A stretch of 64,000 bases of DNA, taken from positions 5,911 to 69,910 of the forward strand of contig BPDA01000002.1 in assembly GCA_019654055.1 (NCBI GenBank), given 5' to 3'. Shown in pieces: positions 51,121-60,560 of the stretch. Position 1 is the stretch's first letter. Every line of letters starts with the position of its first letter. Position numbers and translations under genes: made by a program. Origin of the DNA: Methanobacteriota archaeon (GTDB taxonomy: Archaea; Thermoplasmatota; Poseidoniia; Poseidoniales; Thalassarchaeaceae). The notes under the pieces are model-generated. The model saw only the letters and a list, made by a program, of their open reading frames with translations, was not told the origin of the DNA and made no database searches.

Positions 51121-54100
51121 ATGGGGCGAAGACATAAGAGACGACCGAAACTCCGGCTGAGCATGCTGCATACGTCTGAGTCTGCCCGAAATCGAACCAA
51201 GGAGGGCCGCACGGCCGTCTTCATGGTGCTGTTGATGCTGACCTCGCTGATGGTATCCCTAGTACCAGCCGTGAGTGCATCGCACATCACCCAATACGCG
51301 GTACAGCGCGACCCGGCCCATCTCACAGTGGGCGATCTGAACTGCGATGGCCACAACGACATAGTGGCTGTCAGCGTCATGGGGCACTACATCACGGCGC
51401 TGTACAACGACGGGCAGGGCAACTTCGCGGACAGGCAGGACGTGTTCATCTCGAACAACGATTCGCAGCGCGCTGGGTTCGTGGATACCGCTAACTCGGT
51501 CGACGTCGAGATTGCAGACATCGACGGCGACGGCGCTAATGACATCGTCTACTATCAAGAGAACATCAGGTTCGTCGGCGAGAGCTTCGTCCGACCTGGC
51601 AACCTGACCACGATGTGGGGCGATTGCTCTGAGAGGGTCAACCAGTGGGACGACACCGAGATTACGGTCTCCAACCCCTACCATCTGGGCATGGAGGTCG
51701 GCGACATAGATGAGGACGACAATGACGACATTGTTCTAATCACAATGGATGCCACAGCAACCAACCAGTACATCCAGATATACAGGGGGACCGACCCATC
51801 GCTACTGACCAACCAGCAGTCAATCCCCGTACCTCTGACCAATGGCATGTACGTCGAGACCCATCTGGGACATTGGGGGGAGACGGTACAGGGCAGCGGC
51901 ATACCTGGCGGTAGCTTGGGTGATTGCGAGGATTTGGACCTCTGGCTGCTCAGAACTCCTCCTTACAACACCGGAGTCGGGACTTCGGTCGGGCACTATG
52001 ACAACATGACCGTGCTCGAGTTCGACTGCATCACTAACCAGTATCCCAATCCCTTGGACGCAACAGCTCAGGGTATCCACGATTTCAAACTCGATGCCGA
52101 GCACAACTACCCCCTGTATGGACTTGACATAGCCGATACGAATGGAGACAACGAGATTGACCTAATCGCGGCAGTTGACGGCATCACTGGGAACATCTCC
52201 TACGCTACCCGGTCGGGCAGCAGTTGGAACACCCAGAACTACGTCTACTTGGGTGACTACCTCGGCGCATCAATCACCATTGTTGATGTAAATCAGGACG
52301 GCGAGGTGGACTTCTTCGTGCCCACCGAAGTCACACTAACCCGTCTGCAGGATTCATCAGCCCAGAACCAGACCTACCTTCTGCTGGAGAACCTACGAGA
52401 GATCAACTCGGTCGAGATTATTCTAGCCAATCCAAATGGCCCGGGATACCTCTCTTCACTTTCTTTCGACGTGGGTCGACGACCCACCATGGCCATACCT
52501 GGTCAGCTTCAGGGTGGCGATGACAGTGCCTACGAGATTATCATCGGCCAGCGAGACTACTCCTACAGGTTCTCCGACGGTGCTATGTGGCTGGACACCC
52601 AAGGATGGGCAGGGGCTGGCGACTTCCTATCTGTGTTAACTCTAGACAATGAGGATGTCGGCATCACTGGGGTGACGATTGCTCCAGCGTCGTACAACCC
52701 CGCTACCGGTCAGGCCGAGATAGGCGAGGGCACCAGATGGGTCAACGTGACCGTCAAGAACACCGGACTCAACCCCCTGACCGGATCCGTTGATGTGGAC
52801 CTCGAGGTCAAGGAGGTCCTCGGAGGCACCGACACCGTGGTCTACTCGAACGACTTCGAGGGCAATGAGGACACCACCAACTGCTCTAACTGCGTCTTCG
52901 CGAAGCACTCCTACACTGGTATGTACGGGACAGGAGCGTCCTCTTGGCACATAGAGACCAACTCCACCGCCGACACTCAGAACGTCTCATGGTACGAGGC
53001 CGATAGCAACCCTACCAACTATTACTGGGCGGGCATGGACTACAACGGCGACAACGAGAGCGACTCGGGTTACTACAACAACATGGATGAGGCACTGATT
53101 CTGGAAAACGTCGACCTGACCGGCGCCGATGCGGCGTACATGGACCTGTCAGTGATGTGCACCACGGCCTTCTTCGAGCTCTATCTGGCCGAGCAATACT
53201 CGGTGGTCGAGCGCTGGCTTTACGAGGACTCATGCGGCATTGAGGTGTGGACCGATGGAAACGGATGGGAGTCCGTGTTCTTCGCCGGCGGCTGGGACAA
53301 CGAGCGTTTCTTCCGTATCTACTACCAAGGCGTCGACCCCGAGTATAACACATACAATGGGAACTTCAACACCAACACCGCAACAGGTTGGCTGAATTAC
53401 ACCGAAGGAGGCGGGACGTCTCCCGACCCCGATGAGAGAGAATCAATCGACCTCACTAGGTACGCCGGACAGGTCGTCGACATCAGATTCCGATTCCGCA
53501 GCGGCCTAATGGGCTCAGTGGGGCCCGCTGGCTCCTCGCAGGACACCGGTCTGGATGGCTTCGCCTTCGACAACATCACCATCAGGAAGAGGGACGTGAC
53601 ATTCGGCACCACTGAGACCGTCAGCCAGACCCTGAACTTCAACAACTTCGCCGCGGGAGCATCCGAGGAGGTCGTACTGACCGCTGACTTCGTCGACAAC
53701 AGGACATACTACGTGAAGACCGAACTGACCAACCCAACCGGATTCACCAACATGGACGATCTGAATGACGAGATTAAGTTCCAGTTGACCGTAAACAACC
53801 TGTTCGACCCGTGTCTAGCCGAGGAGCATTGGGTCGATCTAGAGAATGGGGTCAGGTACGCCTCTGGCGAGCGCGAAATCAGGGTCAAGGCCCAGAACTG
53901 CGGGAACACCCTGACTGACTTCCAGTTGGAGGCGTTCATCCAGAACGCCGAACCCGACCTCATCGCCATCGAGGACTTCTCCGGCGTCGAGCCCATGTGG
54001 ACGGACGACGGCAACGAGAACGGCAGCAGGCTGGACGACTCCACCGGCTCGAACGACATGTTACCCCAGAACGTGGGCGTCTTCAACAGTCACGCCTACT

Positions 54101-57048
54101 GGCTGGGGCACCCGAGCGACGGGTACGGTGACAACTGGAACGAGACCATGACGCTGGACCCGATACCCGTAGCGTCAACCGGCGCCGACTTCACCTACCT
54201 AACCTTCGACTATTACGCGGAGGGAGACTACCTCAAGGACAGCGGCGGCAACATACTGGCCATCAGGGACGCTGCCAACCTGGAGATTACCTGGACCAAG
54301 GATGGAGAGGTGTATCAAGGGGTCGTTTACGGGACTTGGACTGACCTGAATGAGAACGGCATTCAGAACACCAACCCGGAGGACCCTAACTTCCATCGCT
54401 GCGAGGACTTCGACCTCAACGGCTACGACGAGGTCGAGTACTTCGGCGACCACTCGGATAACATCAACTCTGTGGTCTGGTTCGACTCCGAAAACATCCT
54501 CAAGTCAGTGACCGTCGACATGACCCACATAGTCATACTAAATCGCACCAGCGCGGATACCGGCGACTGGCGCGACGAGTGCACCACCCTCTCAGGGTCA
54601 GAGGTCACACTAACTTGGAGATTCCAGTCTAACGACGACGGAGTGAACGGCAACGCCGGTCTTTCCGGTTTCGGAGTGGACAACATCCGGGTAGAGGAGT
54701 TCACCTTCGAGGATGACGGCTCCTACACCGTCAATATCACTGGGCTTGATGCCGCCGAGAAAGAGATAGCCACCATGGCCACTCACGACTTCCAGAGCGG
54801 CATATACAAGATCGACGTGACAACCATCTTCGACAACACCGACCCCCTGACCTCCTGGTACAACGAGACCGAGGTCAACACCGCCAACAATCACTCGTCC
54901 ATCATCTTCAGTATCGCCAGCGCCGACATTACTCTGCTGCAGCCCGATGTGCTGGAGTGCGTGTCCGACATCACATACGAGTGCGTTTACCCCATAGATG
55001 ACGCATCGGCCCACAGCTTCGCTGTACCCCTGCTGAACGGCGTCATTGCCGGAGAGTACCAGATTACCATGAAGATAGTTGATCTGGACACGGGGCAGAC
55101 CGTCTACGAGGAGTCTAGCGACAACGGACCGTTCGACCTAGCCCCTCATCAGAGGGGGCAGGCCAACTGGACCAACCCGTACAACTCATGGTACGACGCG
55201 CACACCTACAACATCAGCTTCTACGCCGATTTGTTCCAGGAGGACGGGACCCTAGAGCCATCTGGCAACGACCGCTACTTCGAGATCCAGTTCTTCGAGA
55301 ACATCGATGTCGCGATCCTGTCCAACCCGACTGACCAGAACCGCCTCCAGAGCGTCAAGAAGGACCTCGAGGCGATGGGCAAGACGTACACCCAGCTGCG
55401 CACGGAGAACTGGGACACCTACGGGACGCCCGACTGGGTCGAGCACTTCAACAAGGTTCTGCTGCCATGGCAGACCGACTACAACGTCTACTACGGAGAG
55501 TACTACGAGTCGCTAGCGCAGACCCGCGACAGCGACGGACTCAGCTTGACCGAAACGCTCGAGGATTACATGAGCGGAGGTGGCACCGTGCAGATGCACC
55601 TAGGTCCATACCGCAACGAGTACCAGCCCAATAGGCTACCATTCGGCATGGATATAGCAATGAGGAACCAAGTCAACTTTACCGTGGACAATAGGGTTCA
55701 CTACAGCAACCTGTCTATCGTCGACCAGTACCATCCGATACTGAGCAACGTCGATCCGGTCGCCTTCAGCGGAATCAACGGCGGCTCACACATCGCCTTA
55801 GCCGGTTTGGATGCCGCACAGGTTCAATCGACGCAGATTCCACAGGTCTGCGGAGGACGCATCAGCGACCCCACTGGAACCTTCCACACGCTGATGCGCG
55901 ACACGGAGTTCGATACGCAGTCCCTACTCTCCGTTTGCAATCGTGGTGCAGGTGGTCTGATTGTGACCACTATCGATGTCGAGAACCCAAGCGTCTCAGA
56001 GGAGTACGGCGGCTCGAGCATACCCTTGCTGTCTAACATGCTGGCCTACCATCTCACTCCATACCCTACTGACTTCGGCATAGCCGGAGAGAGCTTCGAT
56101 CTAACCATCAACGGCGAGGCCCCCTCCATCGACACCGTCACTGGCGCCTATGCCACGATGTACATCAAGAGCAACTCCGACCTCGACTTCAGCTACGTCA
56201 CCTCTGTCGAGGGCGTCGTAGCAGATTGGACCCTAGAATCTGGGAACAACGACTCTGTGACCGGATGGGACGGCTCAATCATAGACGCAGGGGAGTACAG
56301 CCACACCCAGCAAATCAATCCGTCCATCCCGACGCTCGGCTCCTTCTGCGTCGGCGACTCCTCCTCAAACACGGGCTGCAGGATTGGCGCAGAGTGGTTG
56401 CTCACCCTGTACCTGCATGACGATGCAGGGCATACCCGCATGTCCTACATCCGCATGGTCACAGATGATACCCTGGCCGATGAGTTCAGACCCATTGCCA
56501 GCGCAATAATGGTCGAAGACGCCACCAGCAGCGAGTACGTCAGCCTAGACGGCACGAAGACGGTTGCCGGAGTGGACTGGCCAATCTACCGCGCTAGGCT
56601 GTCCGACACCGGCGACCTCAGCATATCGTTCGATGCCAGCGAGAGCTACGACCCGGATGCGCCCGAGGGCGAGAAGGGCATAGAGCTCTACGAGTGGAAG
56701 GTCTTCTTCGACTACCCGTGGGACAGCTCTGATCCGACCTTGGAGGGGCACGTGTTCCAGATTCCGGCAGCTGCCGGTGGAGAGGATTGGTCCTACGTCT
56801 TCAGGAACCTGACCGCCAGCCCTGACGGCAACCTCGAGAATGAGATCCGAATCGAGCTGATAGTCTACGACAAGGCGGGCAAGCAGAGCGAGAAGCACAG
56901 GATGTACTTCGTAGTCGTAGGAGAGGACTTCGGCGACGATGAGCCCATCGTGCAGTTCACCAACCCAGGTCCGAATGAGAACCAGAACGCCGATTTGGTC
57001 ACCATTACGGTACCCTCGTGTCTGGAGCGGAGAACGGGGACGTGGTAA
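51121..57048 (+). CDS. Giant FG-GAP/VCBS-repeat surface protein (about 1975 aa before the frameshift)
   Basis: A signal peptide FMVLLMLTSLMVSLVPAVSA is present. It has integrin-alpha-like Ca loops DLNCDGHNDIV, DIDGDGANDIV, DIDEDDNDDIV, DTNGDNEIDLI and DVNQDGEVDFF. CARDB-like segments (VNVTVKNTGLNPLTGSVDV) follow. Confidence 0.7.
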   Translation: MGRRHKRRPKLRLSMLHTSESARNRTKEGRTAVFMVLLMLTSLMVSLVPAVSASHITQYAVQRDPAHLTVGDLNCDGHNDIVAVSVMGHYITALYNDGQGNFADRQDVFISNNDSQRAGFVDTANSVDVEIADIDGDGANDIVYYQENIRFVGESFVRPGNLTTMWGDCSERVNQWDDTEITVSNPYHLGMEVGDIDEDDNDDIVLITMDATATNQYIQIYRGTDPSLLTNQQSIPVPLTNGMYVETHLGHWGETVQGSGIPGGSLGDCEDLDLWLLRTPPYNTGVGTSVGHYDNMTVLEFDCITNQYPNPLDATAQGIHDFKLDAEHNYPLYGLDIADTNGDNEIDLIAAVDGITGNISYATRSGSSWNTQNYVYLGDYLGASITIVDVNQDGEVDFFVPTEVTLTRLQDSSAQNQTYLLLENLREINSVEIILANPNGPGYLSSLSFDVGRRPTMAIPGQLQGGDDSAYEIIIGQRDYSYRFSDGAMWLDTQGWAGAGDFLSVLTLDNEDVGITGVTIAPASYNPATGQAEIGEGTRWVNVTVKNTGLNPLTGSVDVDLEVKEVLGGTDTVVYSNDFEGNEDTTNCSNCVFAKHSYTGMYGTGASSWHIETNSTADTQNVSWYEADSNPTNYYWAGMDYNGDNESDSGYYNNMDEALILENVDLTGADAAYMDLSVMCTTAFFELYLAEQYSVVERWLYEDSCGIEVWTDGNGWESVFFAGGWDNERFFRIYYQGVDPEYNTYNGNFNTNTATGWLNYTEGGGTSPDPDERESIDLTRYAGQVVDIRFRFRSGLMGSVGPAGSSQDTGLDGFAFDNITIRKRDVTFGTTETVSQTLNFNNFAAGASEEVVLTADFVDNRTYYVKTELTNPTGFTNMDDLNDEIKFQLTVNNLFDPCLAEEHWVDLENGVRYASGEREIRVKAQNCGNTLTDFQLEAFIQNAEPDLIAIEDFSGVEPMWTDDGNENGSRLDDSTGSNDMLPQNVGVFNSHAYWLGHPSDGYGDNWNETMTLDPIPVASTGADFTYLTFDYYAEGDYLKDSGGNILAIRDAANLEITWTKDGEVYQGVVYGTWTDLNENGIQNTNPEDPNFHRCEDFDLNGYDEVEYFGDHSDNINSVVWFDSENILKSVTVDMTHIVILNRTSADTGDWRDECTTLSGSEVTLTWRFQSNDDGVNGNAGLSGFGVDNIRVEEFTFEDDGSYTVNITGLDAAEKEIATMATHDFQSGIYKIDVTTIFDNTDPLTSWYNETEVNTANNHSSIIFSIASADITLLQPDVLECVSDITYECVYPIDDASAHSFAVPLLNGVIAGEYQITMKIVDLDTGQTVYEESSDNGPFDLAPHQRGQANWTNPYNSWYDAHTYNISFYADLFQEDGTLEPSGNDRYFEIQFFENIDVAILSNPTDQNRLQSVKKDLEAMGKTYTQLRTENWDTYGTPDWVEHFNKVLLPWQTDYNVYYGEYYESLAQTRDSDGLSLTETLEDYMSGGGTVQMHLGPYRNEYQPNRLPFGMDIAMRNQVNFTVDNRVHYSNLSIVDQYHPILSNVDPVAFSGINGGSHIALAGLDAAQVQSTQIPQVCGGRISDPTGTFHTLMRDTEFDTQSLLSVCNRGAGGLIVTTIDVENPSVSEEYGGSSIPLLSNMLAYHLTPYPTDFGIAGESFDLTINGEAPSIDTVTGAYATMYIKSNSDLDFSYVTSVEGVVADWTLESGNNDSVTGWDGSIIDAGEYSHTQQINPSIPTLGSFCVGDSSSNTGCRIGAEWLLTLYLHDDAGHTRMSYIRMVTDDTLADEFRPIASAIMVEDATSSEYVSLDGTKTVAGVDWPIYRARLSDTGDLSISFDASESYDPDAPEGEKGIELYEWKVFFDYPWDSSDPTLEGHVFQIPAAAGGEDWSYVFRNLTASPDGNLENEIRIELIVYDKAGKQSEKHRMYFVVVGEDFGDDEPIVQFTNPGPNENQNADLVTITVPSCLERRTGTW

Positions 57049-57590
57049 TCGAGGTCGCGCTGACTGAAGCCGTGCTCGACTACACCCCGACCCAGAAGAT
57101 TACCCAGAAGTCGATTGGCAAGTACAACGCCACAGGACTCTTGTCTGACAGTCAGCAGTTCACCATGACCTTGGACATCTCGGACCTCTATCAGGAGACT
57201 GGCATAGCCGCCACCATCTACGTGAAGATCAAGGAGGGCGATGGTGAGAGGCATACTCTCTACCAAGAGATAGGAATCACTCTGGTTCCTCGTCTCCCGG
57301 AGGTTGAGCCCACAGACGAAGGAGAGGGCATGAGCATGCTGCTCATCGGCGGCATCGGCGTGTTCGTACTACTACTCGTGGTAGTGGTCACGATGATGAT
57401 GCGTGGCCGAGGCAAGGATGACTCCGGTGAGGACACGGTCGAGCAGTTCGGAGGCGTCGAGGAGATGGACCCGGTCGAGGCCTATGTCCAGCAGATGGTG
57501 GCCTCGGGCTACGACGAGCAGACTGCTAGGACTTACGCTAAGCAGTACTACGCCCAGTATTACGAGGACCAACGCAAGGGCGGCGGTTGA
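57018..57590 (+). CDS. C-terminal part of the giant protein (-1 frame): last extracellular segment, TM anchor, cytoplasmic tail
   Basis: ADLVTIT(G)TLVSGAENGDVVIEV joins if one G is restored at 57009-57010. The TM segment is MLLIGGIGVFVLLLVVVVTMMM, followed by RGRGKDD and a tail. Confidence 0.55.
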   Translation: MSGAENGDVVIEVALTEAVLDYTPTQKITQKSIGKYNATGLLSDSQQFTMTLDISDLYQETGIAATIYVKIKEGDGERHTLYQEIGITLVPRLPEVEPTDEGEGMSMLLIGGIGVFVLLLVVVVTMMMRGRGKDDSGEDTVEQFGGVEEMDPVEAYVQQMVASGYDEQTARTYAKQYYAQYYEDQRKGGG

Positions 57591-57634
57591 CGCCAGCCAT
57601 CCAGAGCCCACTGTAGAAGCACCTTGAAAACGAG

Positions 57635-58918
57635 GTGCAGACAGCGCTGCCCGTGGACACCTCCGGTCCGTACACAGTCACCGACATCTCCCTCGCTGAG
57701 GCGGGCGAGGCCAGGGTTTCGTGGGCCCGTAGCAGGATGCCGGCCCTCGCTGCCTTGAGGGCTGCCGCGGAGAGCGAGAAGCCTCTCACTGGCCAGCGCG
57801 TGGCAGGATGCCTACACGTCACCAAGGAGACCGCAGTCCTAATCGAGACTCTCAGGGCGGCTGGAGCAGAGGTGTCGTGGTCCGGATGCAATCCGCTCTC
57901 TACCCAGGACGATGTAGCCGCATGGTTGGCCAGAGAGGGCTACGACATCCATGCCTGGTACGGTCAGAGCACTGAGGAGTTCTACCGGTGTATAGACCGC
58001 ACCCTCGAGCTCAGACCGACTCTCACGCTGGATGACGGAGCAGATCTGATCTACCGCGTCCACAGCGACTTCCCGCAACTGGCGGATGGCATCCTCGGCG
58101 GGACCGAGGAGACGACCACCGGAGTCATACGGCTGCGGGCGATGGCCGAGGCAGGGGAGTTGCTGTACCCGGTGATTGCGGTGAACGATGCGGCCACCAA
58201 GTGGGACTTCGACAACGTGCATGGCACCGGCCAATCCACACTGGACGGAATCATCAGGGCCACCAGCGTACTACTCGCAGGCAAGGACTTCGTGGTCGCA
58301 GGTTACGGTCACTGCGGCAGGGGGCTGGCCGCGCGGGCTCGTGGCATGGGGGCCAATGTGATTGTTACCGAGGTCGACCCATTGCCAGCCCTGCGGGCTG
58401 TCATGGACGGCTTCCGAGTCATGAGGATGGACGAGGCAGCCACCTTGGGCGACATCTTCTGCACCGCCACCGGGATGAAGGACGTAATCGTGGGCAGGCA
58501 CTTCGACTCCATGAAGGACGGTGCGATAGTCTGCAACACCGGGCACTACGATTGCGAAATCAGTATACCTGACCTCGAGAAACGTTCCACCGACTGCCGC
58601 ACCATCAGAGAGAACAACGAGGCCTTCCGGATGGAAGACGGGCGTACGATTCACCTGCTGGCTAGGGGCCGCCTAGTCAACCTCGCTGCCGCCGAGGGAC
58701 ATCCCAGCGAGGTGATGGACATGTCGTTCGCCAACCAGTTCCTAGCCCTGTGCCGTCTGGCTTCCGAGGGTGGCGGCTACGACAACAGGGTCTACGACAT
58801 CAGTCCCGAGCAGGATACAGAGCTGGCCGCACTGAAACTCAAGACGGCCGGAATCAGCATCGATGAGCTGACGCCAGAGCAGATCTCCTACCTGAGCGAC
58901 TTCAGGGCCGGGACCTAG
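57635..58918 (+). CDS. ahcY: Adenosylhomocysteinase
   Basis: Motifs GCLHVTKETAVLIETL, DDGADL, the NAD-binding VVAGYGHCGRGLA and NLAAAEGHPSEVMDMSFANQ are present. The start codon is GTG. Confidence 0.9.
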   Translation: MQTALPVDTSGPYTVTDISLAEAGEARVSWARSRMPALAALRAAAESEKPLTGQRVAGCLHVTKETAVLIETLRAAGAEVSWSGCNPLSTQDDVAAWLAREGYDIHAWYGQSTEEFYRCIDRTLELRPTLTLDDGADLIYRVHSDFPQLADGILGGTEETTTGVIRLRAMAEAGELLYPVIAVNDAATKWDFDNVHGTGQSTLDGIIRATSVLLAGKDFVVAGYGHCGRGLAARARGMGANVIVTEVDPLPALRAVMDGFRVMRMDEAATLGDIFCTATGMKDVIVGRHFDSMKDGAIVCNTGHYDCEISIPDLEKRSTDCRTIRENNEAFRMEDGRTIHLLARGRLVNLAAAEGHPSEVMDMSFANQFLALCRLASEGGGYDNRVYDISPEQDTELAALKLKTAGISIDELTPEQISYLSDFRAGT

Positions 58919-59967
58919 TCCTCCAAAGGCTCCAACTCATCAGATGGCGGCTCCCCCCAGTCCGAGTCGCCTTCCTCGATTGTGAAATCCGGAATCTCGG
59001 GCTTCCATCTGATTGGCATTTTCTCCCCTGACTCGACCACGAGCTCCAGCCTCTCTGAGAGGGCCGGCATCCTCTGGCTGACCATGGCGTTGTACATCTT
59101 GCTGCCCCTGATTCCATCAGGGATGCACAGCTTGCCACTACTGGTCTCGCAATCTATGGCGCGGTCGAGGTCCAATGCATGCCTATTCAGCTTGTGCAGC
59201 AGTCCGGAGGTAACTTTCGAGAGCCCCATAAAGCAGGCCAAGATGAATACGAAGACCAGGATGAACCCCCAGGTCGTACCCCCTACCAGCGTCATCGCGA
59301 CGGTCCCAAGCAGGAACACTATCGGAGCGATGAAGGTGATTAGGAAGAAGGTCGGAGATATCGGCTTACGCTTCTTCATCCTCTCGATTATCGCCCAGCG
59401 CGGATGCTTGGGGTTCTGCGGCCTGAAAATCTCGTCCTTCTCCATCTTCGCCGCCCTCGATACCATCCTGTTAACCGATTCCATGCGAGCAAGCTGGTTA
59501 CTCGTCGTCGCTTCCATACCATCGCTGAAGAGCTCCTCTAGGAGTTCTGCACACTCCTCGTAATGACCCAGCCTCACCAGTATGGCGACTTGCTCTATCA
59601 AAGGGGCGACCTCGTTCGGAGCGATCTCTCGCCTGTCCTGCCACCACCTGAGCCCCTCTTCCAGCATTCCGAGGTGATCGACCAGCAGGACGCCCCCGAG
59701 CCTCCAGGCGTCAAAACTCTCCGGGTCAATCTTCACGACCTTCCGTAGAGCTGAGATTGCTTTCGCTGCCTGCTTGAGGCTCGGCATCTCCTGCCGCCCT
59801 CTGGTCTCAGCGGGCAGCGACCAGCGTGCCACACCCATCCACGCATCGGCGTGGTCGGGGTCTATCGCGACGGTTTCCCTAGCCGCTTCGAGGGCAGCGT
59901 CCCTGTCTCCGACTGCTCCGCCTCGACCGCGTCGAGCCAGACCATCTCGGCGCTCTTGGCCATGCAC
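58915..59967 (-). CDS. TPR-like / two-TM hypothetical protein
   Basis: A helical-repeat N-terminal half (DPDHADAW...KIDPESFDAW) is followed by the hydrophobic segments TFFLITFIAPIVFLLGTVAMTLV and WGFILVFVFILACFMGL. The start is uncertain. A GTG at 59967 avoids overlap with the upstream gene, and the ORF track extends to 60060. Confidence 0.45.
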   Translation of the reverse strand: MHGQERRDGLARRGRGGAVGDRDAALEAARETVAIDPDHADAWMGVARWSLPAETRGRQEMPSLKQAAKAISALRKVVKIDPESFDAWRLGGVLLVDHLGMLEEGLRWWQDRREIAPNEVAPLIEQVAILVRLGHYEECAELLEELFSDGMEATTSNQLARMESVNRMVSRAAKMEKDEIFRPQNPKHPRWAIIERMKKRKPISPTFFLITFIAPIVFLLGTVAMTLVGGTTWGFILVFVFILACFMGLSKVTSGLLHKLNRHALDLDRAIDCETSSGKLCIPDGIRGSKMYNAMVSQRMPALSERLELVVESGEKMPIRWKPEIPDFTIEEGDSDWGEPPSDELEPLED

Positions 59968-60008
59968 CCTGCTGCGGCTAGCAATCCATGAAGGCTGGGG
60001 TAGGAGAA

Positions 60009-60212
60009 TCAACGGCCCTTGCCGCCCCGCCCACCTCGGGATCGACCCTTGCCCTTCCAACCTTCCCGGAGATTGGGCCTGCGTTTCCTGCCCCGGGTGT
60101 TCCTTGACCCCTTGCCTTCGACCGGCTTTCTGGCGTCACAGCGGTTGCACTCGGTCCTACTGGCGAAATTGTGGTTACTGCAACTCGGGCAAGTCCAGTC
60201 CCCAGGTTTCAT
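60009..60212 (-). CDS. Gar1-zinc-finger gene, last fragment: third RanBP2-type zinc finger plus RG-rich tail
   Basis: KPGDWTCPSCSNHNFASRTECNRCDARKP fits W-x-C-x2-C-x3-N-x6-C-x2-C exactly. The tail is GRKRR...GRSRGGRGGKGR. Confidence 0.55.
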   Translation of the reverse strand: MKPGDWTCPSCSNHNFASRTECNRCDARKPVEGKGSRNTRGRKRRPNLREGWKGKGRSRGGRGGKGR

Positions 60213-60560
60213 ATTTGAATCTCTGAAACCACCTGAGTTACTAGATCGATGGCCACGAGAATTTCTGCCCCACCCCCACCTCTCGGTTTCGGCTCTTCAC
60301 AACCAGTTCGATTGCAGACTTTTTTGTTTGCATAATTGTGGTTTTTGCATTTGGGCAAACGCCAGTCCCCAGGCTTTTATATTTGAATCTCTGAAACCAC
60401 CTGAGTTACTAGATCGATGGCCACGAGAATTTCTGCCCCCACCCCCACCTCTCGGTTTCGGCTCTTCACAACCAGTTCGATTGCAGACTTTTTTGTTTGC
60501 ATAATTGTGGTTTTTGCATTTCGGGCAGCGCCAGTCCCCTGGCTTCATACTCGAGTCTCT
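60196..60560 (-). repeat. About 168-bp tandem repeat, 2 full copies plus a partial third, coding
   Basis: Copy A spans 60196-60362 (167 bp) and copy B spans 60363-60531 (169 bp). They are identical over their central roughly 140 bp except for one C in a homopolymer. The partial copy, from 60532, is more diverged. Confidence 0.85.

Noticed and set aside
60196-60560. The tandem repeats at 60196-60560 and 39321-39374 as a CRISPR array
   Set aside because: The units abut each other with no spacers. They are 167/169 bp and 18 bp long. They are clearly coding (zinc fingers and RSGGGG repeats), and no cas genes are nearby.
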